Assembly (NCBI GenBank): GCA_963847445.1
Contig: CAWJZV010000002.1
Coordinates: 1-64,000, forward strand
Length of the DNA stretch: 64,000 bases
DNA from: an uncultured delta proteobacterium
GTDB taxonomy: Bacteria; Desulfobacterota; Binatia; UBA9968
Direction of reading: 5' to 3'
Part shown: positions 55,368 through 64,000 of the stretch, one piece after another
Numbering within the stretch: position 1 is the stretch's first letter
Layout: each line of letters opens with the position of its first letter
Made by a program: the position numbers and the translations under genes
The notes under the pieces: generated by a model
The model's input: only the letters and a program-made list of their open reading frames with translations
Databases searched by the model: none
Told to the model about the DNA's origin: nothing

Positions 55368-55469
55368 CGCAAAGGCGCTAAGGCGCAAAGGCGATGGGAT
55401 AAACCAAACAGATTTCTTCCTTCGGTCGAAATGACATTGTCTTTAACTTAGCGTCTTCTGCGCCTTGGC
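55368..55469. repeat. CGCAAAG/CGCTAAG 9-mer inverted repeat element
   Basis: CGCAAAGGCGCTAAGGCGCAAAGG...CTTAGCGTCTTCTGCGCCTTGGC. Confidence 0.6.
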
Positions 55470-55564
55470 TGGAGAATAATCCGATTCCAAAGATTCCCGA
55501 ACATTGCGCGAAAAATTATCCAGACAGCCACAAGCTATAAGTCAAGACTCACACCGGAGGTGTT

Positions 55565-56071
55565 ATGTTTCCTCACCTGCAATCCTTCAACCTGCAAAAA
55601 TGGATCGATGACAACCGCGGCGAGTGGGGACAGCGGCGGGTGATTTGGCAGGACTCGGACTTCATCGCGTTTGTCACCCGCGGGCCGAACCGGCGCAAGG
55701 ATTACCACATCAACCCTGGCGACGAGATATTTTATCAATTGGAGGGCGAGCTCAACCTGCATTACCTAAAAGGCGACAAGCATGAGTTGGCCGTACTCAA
55801 GGCCGGAGATATCTTTCTCCTGCCGCGTAATGTGCCGCACTCGCCGCGCCGCGCCGACGGCTCGTGGACCTACGTGGTCGAGCGCACGCGCGGTCCAAAG
55901 CGAGATGGACCGCTTTATCTGGCCGTGCGAAAAATGCGGCAATCAAGCTTTACGCCACCGACGGTCAGATTCGACGATCCCAGCGATGCGGTCAAGAAAG
56001 CCACGGACTCGCTGCGCGCCGACCCGGCACTGGCCACCTGCAAACAGTGCGGCGCAGTTCTGGATGTGTGA
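55565..56071 (+). CDS. nbaC: 3-hydroxyanthranilate 3,4-dioxygenase-like protein (compensating indels at about 55895-55950)
   Basis: NLQKWIDDN, GPNRRKDYHINPGDEIFYQLEG, VPHSP, VVER; WPCEKC in an alternate frame and TCKQCG. Confidence 0.8.
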   Translation: MFPHLQSFNLQKWIDDNRGEWGQRRVIWQDSDFIAFVTRGPNRRKDYHINPGDEIFYQLEGELNLHYLKGDKHELAVLKAGDIFLLPRNVPHSPRRADGSWTYVVERTRGPKRDGPLYLAVRKMRQSSFTPPTVRFDDPSDAVKKATDSLRADPALATCKQCGAVLDV

Positions 56072-56255
56072 ATCGAACATCAGCGAACGTATCGCGAAGG
56101 TAAGCGGAATTTTTCTATTTCCGTCATTCCGGTGAAAACCGGAATCCATCCGGTTTGACGGCAGAAGCGGCCTGGATTCCCGCTAAAAACATGCGGGAAT
56201 GACGAAAAAGACAAAATGTAGGTAATACGTTAGATTAGCTAAATCTTTACTTGAG

Positions 56256-58554
56256 CTAGCTTTTCGCCTGCAGCGCCCGCCAAATCTTCGGCGGCGTGAG
56301 CGGCAAGTCCTGAATACGCACGCCGACGGCGCGCGATACCGCATTGGCGATCGCCGATGCGACCGGCAACAGCCCGCCCTCACCGATTCCTTTGGATCCG
56401 AATGGTCCCGGTCCGTTGCCGTTCTCGATCAAAATCGTGTGCAGGTGATCCGGCAGATCTTCGAACGTCGGCACGCGGTAGTCGACCAGGTTGCCGTTGA
56501 GCAACTGGCCATCCTCGTAGATCATTTCTTCCATCAACGTGTGGCCGATGCCGAACATCACCGCGCCCTCGTCCTGGCCGATGCATTGCTCAGGGTTGAT
56601 CGCCTTGCCGGCATCGCAGGCGGAGACGTAATTGAGCAGATGAACGTTGCCGGTTTCTGGATCGACTTCGACCTCGACGCCGCCCCAACCGACTTCCCAA
56701 AAAGTCGTGGTCGAGCCCAGCACGGCCTTGGCGCTGCGCTTGTCTTTGTAGAGTCCCTTGCCGATGATTTCTCCGGCCTTGCTACCGAAGAAGTCGACGA
56801 TCACTTTGCTAAATGAAAGACTCTGCCCTGACTTCGTCCAGACCTGGCCATCTTTCAGTGTCAGGCGTGTCGGCCTTTTGCTTCAGCACTTTGGCGGCGC
56901 ATTGGAGCAACTGCTTCTTGGCGTCCTGCGCCGCGCGCTGCACGGCGGTGCCCATGACCACGGTCGAGCTGCTGGCGCTGGTGGAAATATCGTAGGGCGT
57001 CACATCGGTGTCGAGCTGGGCGACGCCGATCTGATCCATCGGCATGGCGAGCTCTTCGGCGACGATCTGGCTCAGCGCCGTGCGCGGCCCCTGCCCGGCT
57101 TCGACCGTGCCGGTGAGCAGCATGACGCTGCCGTCGGACGACATCTTGACCGTGGCGCCGGCAACTTTGTAGGTGCCGCCAGCGTCTTTCATGCAGCAAC
57201 TGATGCCTTTGGCGCGGTTGGGCGTTTGGCTCTTCTCGCTCCACTTGATGGCGTCGGCGACTTTGCGCAGCCCCTCTTCCAAGTCGCAGTCCACCGGCGT
57301 ATCGCCGTTGGTATAGAGATCGCCCTTCTTGAGCAAATTCTTGATGCGAAACTCCAGCGGATCGATGCCCAGGCGGTCGGCGATCATGTCCATCTGCGAT
57401 TCATAGGCCCAGGTCACTTGCAGCGCGCCGAAACCGCGGAATGCGCCGGCGGGCACCGTGTTGGTATAGACGCCGTGGGCTTCGACTTTGGCGTAGGGAA
57501 TTTTATATGGCCCCAAGGCGCGATAGCCGGCTTTTTGCGTCACCCGCGGTCCGGCATCGGCATAGGCGCCGGTGTCCATGTAGACCTGGCAATCGCGGGC
57601 GACGAGCTTGCCGTCTTTGCTCACGCCGGTCTTGACCGTGACCCGCGCCGGATGACGCGTGACCGTCTTGAAGCTCTCGTTGATCGACAGCTGCAGCTTC
57701 ACCGGCCGGCGGGTCATCCAGGAGAGCGCCGCGGAAATCGGCTCAGCTTTGACGTAAAGCTTGCCGCCGTAACCGCCGCCGACATAGGGGACGATGACGC
57801 GAATGCGGTTACACGGCAGACGAAAGATTCCCGACAGATGATCGCGCAGGGTAAACGGATCCTGGCATGACGCCCAGATCGTCAGCTTCTCGCCGTCGTA
57901 GTAAGCGACGTTGTTATGCGCTTCTAGGGAAAAGTGCTGGACCTTTTGAAAGCGGAAGGTGTCCTCGAAAATATGATCGGCTTTGGCAAAGCCCTTTTCG
58001 ACGTCGTCGCGGCCGAAGGTCAAGGTAATAGCAAATGTTGGTGCCACTGAAGCGCTCCGGCGCGCCGTAGGTCGAGCCGCGCAGCTCGGCGCGCGCCACC
58101 CCGCCCTCGTGCACTTGAATCGCGCCGGGAGCGGTGGCTTCTTCGAGGTTGGTGACTTTGGCAGCTCGTCGTATTCGACTTCGATCAGTTCCAGCGCTTG
58201 CTCGGCGATCTCCGGCGTATCGGCCAGCACCGCGGCCACCGGATCGCCGACGTAGCGCACCTTGTCGACGGCGACGATCGATTGATCCTTGTAGGTCGCG
58301 CCATATTTGAAGTTGAAGCCTTGGATGTCGTCACGCGTCAAGGTCGCGATGACGCCGGGAAGTTCCTTCGCTTTAGAGGCGTCGACCTTGACCAACCGGG
58401 CGTGGGCGACCGGGCTGCGCAGTATCCGCGCATGGGCCATGCCCGGCAGCTGGATATCGCTGGTGTAGATCGCCTTGCCGCTGACTTTTTCGATGGCGTC
58501 GACACGGTGCGCATTGGTGCCGACGACGTTCAGAGATTTGCTTCGTCTTCATGG
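56256..58554 (-). CDS. Xanthine dehydrogenase family molybdopterin-binding (large) subunit, frameshifted
   Basis: LRSPVAHARL, VGGGYGGK, GAFRGFG, DAGKAINP, GPFGSKGIGE. Confidence 0.9.
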
Positions 58555-58612
58555 TAGTGAGCCGGAAAAGAAAAACGCCACGGTGCAATCGTCACCGTGG
58601 CCGCGGACCAAG

Positions 58613-58760
58613 TTATTTGCGGATTTTGGGGCTGTCTTTTTCGGGGAAATACTTGTCGCAGATAGGGGCAATGAAAGTTCATCCCCGAGCCGAGCATATG
58701 CGGGTTGACGACAAAAATTTTCTTACAATCTGGACAAGTGACTTCAACGGCCTGACCCAT
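58613..58760 (-). CDS. Small zinc-ribbon protein (CxxC...CxxC), about 48 aa, one indel
   Basis: MGQAVEVTCPDCKKIFVVNPHMLGSGMNFHCPY then CDKYFPEKDSPKIRK* in shifted frame; GAGG RBS. Confidence 0.6.
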
Positions 58761-58838
58761 GGTTTACCTCGCTATATTTTGGATTTTGGATTTTCGATGC
58801 TATCGACTTCGACTCGGCACAGACTTTTGGATTGCCGG

Positions 58839-58891
58839 AATCCCCCGCCTTCAGTCCTCCCCGCGCTGCGGGGGAGGTAAAGAGGTGGGGG
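58839..58891. repeat. GC-rich REP-like hairpin
   Basis: CCCCCGCCT..CCTCCCCGC-GCT-GCGGGGGAGG..AGGTGGGGG. Confidence 0.55.
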
Positions 58892-58951
58892 ATCCGTCAT
58901 TCGTGGACTTTCGTGACCTTTGTTCTCTTTGTGGTTAAATCTCCGAATCCC

Positions 58952-60401
58952 TTACGCCCAGTAGGTCGTCCGGTCCATCGGAATATGCTGCAACACTTCT
59001 CCGGGGACGTAGTCTTCCAACTTGATTCGCGCCATCGCTTCGTCGGGGCATTTCGACACCGGCGAGAACGGCCGGTCCGTCGGCTTGGTCGCATCGACGA
59101 TCATGCCCGAGGTCTTGATCTCGTCGCGCAGCGACGGATCCAGGAAGTTGCCGCGGAATAGCGGCTTCAAGATATTGACCTGAAGATGCGGCTGCACCCG
59201 GGTCGCGATCGCCCAGAGAATGTCGGTCGGGTTGAAAACGTCAATATCCTCATCGAAGACGAAGACATTCTTGGTGTGGTCGAAGGTCAACGCGGCGGCG
59301 GCGGCGCGCGCCGGATCGCCTTCGGACATTTTCTTCATCGAGATGAAAACATTGTAATGCGCGTGGCGGCCCTGCTTGCAGACGGCGGTGACGCCGGGCA
59401 CGGCCTCGCGGCAGCGGCGCAGGTAGGCGCCCTTCGCGCGGCAGATCCATCCACGGCTTATCGCCTTCCGGCGTGATCACCGACTGATACATGGCGCCGT
59501 TGCGATAATTGATGGCCCGCACTTCATAGTGCACGCAGGTCGTGTAGCGCTGCGGTCCGAGATAGCCCGGCGCTTCGCCGAAGGGACCTTCGACCACGCG
59601 GCCGCCCGGTTTGAGCACGCCTTCGATGACGACCTCGGCGTCGGCGGGAATCAGCAGGTCGTCGCCGAACGTTTCCGACGCGACCAAGCGCAGCGGTTCG
59701 CCCATGTAGCCGCCGATCACGTCGTACTCGCTGACTTCAAACGGGCCGCTGTAGCAGGCGCCCATGTGGAAGGCCGGATGATGGCCCAACACGGTGGCCA
59801 CCGGCATTTCCATGTTGTTGTCTTCGTAGTCTTTGAAAGATCTTCCACAGATGGCGCGGTGAAGCGTAGAGCGCCGTGGAGTTCTTCGATTTCACTTCCA
59901 TGCGGTGGTACGAAAGATTGTAGATCCCCGACTTGCGATCTTTGGTGATGGTCGACAGAACGATATACGGGCCGCCGTCCATTTCGTGGTGGCGCATGAT
60001 CGGAATCTGGTAGAGGTCGACTTTATCGCCGACCATGGTGTTTTGCTTGACCGGCGCGTCCTTCTTGGCTGATGATCGTCGGCGCGCACGCGATGCTCTT
60101 CCATTTCCAAACACTTTTCCGCCATCTCCGGGCGGGTCGCGTCGCGCGGCATGCCCAAGGCGATCTGCGTCTTGCCCTGGGAGATCTCGCAGTTCATGGT
60201 CAGCTTGATCGGACCGACTTTGCCGTTCAAATTCAGCGGGTTGTCGAAAATGATGATCGGAAACTTCTTCTGGGCGCCGAGGTGCTTGATGATCGCGGTC
60301 ACATCGTAGTTCGCCGGATTGACTTCCTTGGTGATGTGAATCACCTCGCCCGGCAATTGCCGTTCGCAGTCGGCAATAAAAGTTCGTAAATCCTTCGCCA
60401 T
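58952..60401 (-). CDS. UbiD family (prFMN-dependent) decarboxylase, frameshifted
   Basis: KDLRTFI, DGGPYI, NLSYHR, AEVVIEG, EGPFGE, DEDIDVFN, WAIATR, DPS, IVDAT. Confidence 0.9.
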
Positions 60402-60439
60402 GGAGGCCTCCTAGCTAAGTTATGAAAAATTTTATGCAA

Positions 60440-60471
60440 AAGATTTATCGGATGACCGAAAATCTTGTCAA
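60440..60471 (-). promoter_or_regulatory. Putative operator palindrome overlapping a TTGACA -35 box upstream of UbiD gene
   Basis: Minus strand TTGACAAGATTTTCGG-TCAT-CCGATAAATCTT. Confidence 0.5.
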
Positions 60472-60506
60472 TGTCGGTCGTGATAAGAGTTGTCGAGAAC
60501 GCGCAG

Positions 60507-61343
60507 CTATTCAAACACCACGGTGCGGTTGCCGTGCAGAAAGACCCGCTCATCGAGCATTAGGCGCACCGCTCTCGCCAGAGCGATTTTCTCCGCGTCC
60601 CGGCCCGCCTGGACCATCGCAGCGGCGGTGTAGGTGTGATTCACCGGGATCACGTTTTGCGCGATGATCGGTCCGGTGTCGAGATCGTCGGTGACGATAT
60701 GCGCGGTCGCGCCGATGATCTTGACGCCGCGCTCATAGGCCTGGTGGTAGGGCTTGGCGCCGATGAACGCCGGCAAAAAGGAATGGTGGATGTTGATCAC
60801 CCGGTTGCGGTAACGGGCGACGAAGGCGGGCGTCAGGATGCGCATGTACTTGGCGAGCACGAGGTACTCAGGCGCATAGGAGTCGATCACGTCCATCACT
60901 CGCTGCTCGTGTTCGGCGCGCTCCAGATCCTTGTGGCTCACGCAGTGAAACGGAATGCCAAAGGATTGCACCAAAGAGCCCAGGGTCTCGTGGTTGGCGA
61001 TCACCGCTTTGATCTGCGCCGGCAGCTCGCCGGAATAATGACGGATCAGAAGATCGCCTAGACAGTGCGCCTCGGTGGTCGCCAGGATGACGATCGGCTG
61101 GCGCTCCGCGACGACGAGCTTAACAACCGATTCAGCCGGCAATATCTGTTGGAGATAGGAGACCACCCGGTCTGGCTGGGTAGCTCCTTCGAATGCCGTG
61201 CGCATGAAGAAATGCTTGGCTTCGAGGTCGACGAACTCCTGGTTACTCAGGATATTGTAGCCGGCATTGAACAACACCCCGGTGATCTTGTGAACCAGTC
61301 CCGGCTCATCGGGGCAATCGATGCGTAAGATATATGGCGGCAC
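60507..61343 (-). CDS. purU: Formyltetrahydrofolate deformylase
   Basis: CPDEPGLV ACT domain, HCLGDL, VLAKYMRIL, INIHHSFLPAFIGAKPY, GPIIAQ; start approximate. Confidence 0.93.
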   Translation of the reverse strand: MPPYILRIDCPDEPGLVHKITGVLFNAGYNILSNQEFVDLEAKHFFMRTAFEGATQPDRVVSYLQQILPAESVVKLVVAERQPIVILATTEAHCLGDLLIRHYSGELPAQIKAVIANHETLGSLVQSFGIPFHCVSHKDLERAEHEQRVMDVIDSYAPEYLVLAKYMRILTPAFVARYRNRVINIHHSFLPAFIGAKPYHQAYERGVKIIGATAHIVTDDLDTGPIIAQNVIPVNHTYTAAAMVQAGRDAEKIALARAVRLMLDERVFLHGNRTVVFE

Positions 61344-61462
61344 GGATAACGCTCCGTCACTTGTCAATGCCGCGCAGTATCGCATGGACAGAATCACAGA
61401 TAAACCGACCCTGAGAAACTGCAAGGGTCGGTTCATCCGATTCCTGTAAATTGATCCGAAAT

Positions 61463-61524
61463 GTAGGGGCAGACCCCGTGTCTGCCCTCGGGACGGGCGA
61501 CCACCGTGGACCATCCCACCCTAC
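61463..61524. repeat. GTAG-type REP doublet
   Basis: GTAGGGGCAGACCCCGTGTCTGCCC...CCCTAC. Confidence 0.7.
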
Positions 61525-61564
61525 AGTTGTTCGACACACTCAAGCACAAACCTGGTCTCACACC

Positions 61565-62390
61565 TCACTGCTTCACATAGCGATGGGTAAACCGGTCGCT
61601 CTCGCCGATCGCTTGGTATTTGGCCCGGTCTTTGTCGCCCAAGCGAAAGCTCGGCGGCAACGTCCACACGCCATCGGGATAGTCCTTGGTGTCCTTGGGA
61701 TTGTTCTTCACCGGGGATGTGCCGGTGAGTTTGAAACCGGCCTTTTCCATCAGCTTGATCGCCACGTCCTCACGGACATAACCGAACTTCATTTGCGCAT
61801 CTTGCGACATATCGGTGCGACCACGATGGTCGGTAACGCCGAGTATTCCGCCCGGCTTGAGCGCTTTGTGAAAGGCGCGCAGCGCGCCGTCGATTTCATT
61901 GCGCTCGATCCAATTGTGCAGATTGCGAAAGGTCAGGACAAAATCCATGCTCCCGGCCGGTGCGACCTCATGCATATCGGCGTTGAATTTGGTGACCTGG
62001 ACCTTATCGAAGACCGCGTCTTCTTTGAGCCGGGCCAAGAACTTTTGGTGATCCTCTAAATAGCGCGGCGCGGCGTTTTCGTCGCGATTGGCGGCGATAT
62101 ACAAGCCTTTGGCTTTCAGATAGGGCGCGAGAATTTCGAGAAAATAACCCCGGCTTCCCGGCAGGATCTCCACCACTCTGCTGCTTTCCTTGACGCCGAA
62201 GAAGGTTAGCGACTTCCACCGGATGGCGATAAATATCGCGCCCCACGTTGGCTTGAGTGCGATAGGTTGCTTTCAACAATTGCGCGAGAGCGCTGTGATC
62301 GTTGGCCGATGCCGCGGCAAATGGATACGCCGTCATCACCGTCAAGATAACCAGCCGGGCGAAAACCGTTCGCTTCAAGTGTAACTTCAT
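61565..62390 (-). CDS. Exported class I SAM-dependent methyltransferase-like protein (frameshifted)
   Basis: Signal peptide, RDIYRHP, VEILPG, LTFRNLHNW, LKPGGILGV, GVWTLPP, IGESDR. Confidence 0.8.
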
Positions 62391-62666
62391 GTCTTCCTCC
62401 GTTCACGGGTCAATATCCCGACTTGAATGTCGATTTTCTCTTTGTGGTCATTCCCGCGCACGCCTGTCCTGAGCAAAGCCGAAGGGCGGAAATCCAGACC
62501 CATCACCCGCCTGGATACCGTTTTTCAACGGTATGACGGACACTGTCCGTCACCTGGATGCCGCCTGCGCGGACATGACGGAACTTCACTCCGGCTTGAG
62601 GGTGAGACATTTCAACTATCCCAAAATCGACATTAATTCCAAGTTTAAGCATCAGCAACAAGCCGA

Positions 62667-63628
62667 TCATCTTTTACCCGCGGCGAGCTCATCGAGCAGC
62701 GAAAAATCATAGACCTGCTCCATCTTCGGCGGTTCTTTCAAGCCCATGTCGCGCTGGGTCAGCTCGAAGTCGAGTTTGTTTGCCGCGGCTGTCGGTTTGC
62801 CGTCGAGGGCCCAGGAACGCGCGACATTGTCATAGACCCAGGCCGATTCTTCCGCCGTCAAGGCGAACTGCTTCATGTAGATCGGGATCACTTTCTCTCT
62901 TTGTGTCGCCGCGATGCGCAGCCCTTCCAAGGCCGCTTGCACCGTCGCGCGCATGATGTCGCGCTTGTTTTGCAGACTGGCGATGGCCGTGCCCAGTCCG
63001 CCCGAGGTCAAATCGATATCGTCCGAGGCTCGCGCCAGGACACGAAAGCCTTGGCGGCTAAGCCTTGCCGCCTCGACGGCGGTAAGAACTGCCGCGGGAA
63101 CAGTGCCGCTCAGCAGCGCCGGTGACCTAGCGGTGCCGATATTGAGAATCTTGTAATCGTCGGGCCGCAACCCTTTACGGCGCAGCAGTTCAATCAACAC
63201 GATGTTCGCCGACGCCTGCGCCGTGTAACCGCCAAAGGTCTTGCCTCTGAGCTGCTCGACGCTGGTGAATTCTTTAGCCGCGACCACGCACAAGTCCGAA
63301 CGATTGGCCGAAACCATCACGACTCGAACCGGCACGCCGCGCAGCGCGGCGCGCCCGGTGGTTCCCGCGGCGGTGTAAAAATCCAGATCCCCGGTGAGCA
63401 ACGCGGCGAGCGCTGCCCGCGGCTCAAGCACGAGGATCTGCGGTTCGAATCCCAGGCTCTCAAAGATCCCCAGACTGCGCGCGATATAAATCGGCGTCGA
63501 ACTGACTGAATGGCTCGGCAGAGCGATTCGTAAGCGGGCGCAGCTTCTTCGGCTGCGCGCCGGCGGTAGAACTGTCGACGACTAGCGCCAGCGCCAAAAC
63601 CAAGATCGAACTTAGATTTAGTTTCATC
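62667..63628 (-). CDS. NMT1/SsuA-like ABC substrate-binding protein (frameshifted)
   Basis: Signal peptide MKLNLSSILVLAL, EQLRGKTFG, EQVYDFSLLDEL. Confidence 0.78.
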
Positions 63629-63891
63629 CAACCGACTCCTCTAAACCGAACTCGCCTCGGCTCCAAGCCGAAAGGTTGTGAATTTAACCAATAGAAATCG
63701 ACTCTTCCTATCTGTCATGCCGGCGCAGGGCGGAATCCAGTTCTTGCGAATTCGAACTGGAATCGAACCTGAATGCCGGCCTGCGCCGGCATGACAAAAT
63801 ATCTGTTCGCGTGCACGCGAGAGACTTCAGCTATGCCCGAAAGAAACCATCAACTGAGCGCTAAGTCACTAACCCCGAGAGCCTAGTTCCG

Positions 63892-64000
63892 CTATTTTTT
63901 CGTCAATTCATCCAACATGGAAAAATCGTAGGTCTGCTCCACTCGCGGCAACTCCTTCAACCCCATGTCGCGCTGCGAAAGCTCGGCATCGAGTTTAATC
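63892..64000 (-). CDS. 3' end of a paralogous substrate-binding protein, runs off window
   Basis: IKLDAELSQRDMGLKELPRVEQTYDFSMLDELTKK* aligns with C-terminus of 62667 ORF. Confidence 0.75.
   Translation of the reverse strand, partial: IKLDAELSQRDMGLKELPRVEQTYDFSMLDELTKK

Overview
GC-rich bacterial chromosome segment. The many orphan NMT1/SsuA-type and TctC-type binding proteins, amidohydrolase_2 paralogs and short palindromic repeats suggest Candidatus Binatia (Binatota); this taxonomy is inference. Single-base indels break many genes, including housekeeping carA, carB, recG and apgM, so most frameshifts are probably long-read consensus errors. Layout: (1) 1-4.5 kb binding proteins and an amidohydrolase; (2) 4.6-7.4 kb integron cassette array with three clear attC sites and no intact integrase; (3) a decayed ureF-ureG fragment, MFS, carboxyltransferase, MEKHLA, flavoprotein, four-helix-bundle gene, Mo-oxidoreductase and two signal-peptide SET-domain paralogs; (4) a core minus-strand run pyrR / pyrB-fusion / carA / carB / recG / alaC / hom / apgM / glpX / dus / maf under a PyrR attenuator; (5) a 43-55 kb zone of RAYT transposase copies, a MITE and gene remnants; (6) 3-HAO, XDH-family Mo subunit, Zn-ribbon, UbiD, purU, methyltransferase, binding proteins. 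Best novelty candidate: a 650-aa PyrB + PyrI zinc domain + Ada-like module + PyrR-like PRTase fusion next to a second, stand-alone PyrR. All family calls come from motif recognition; no searches were run.
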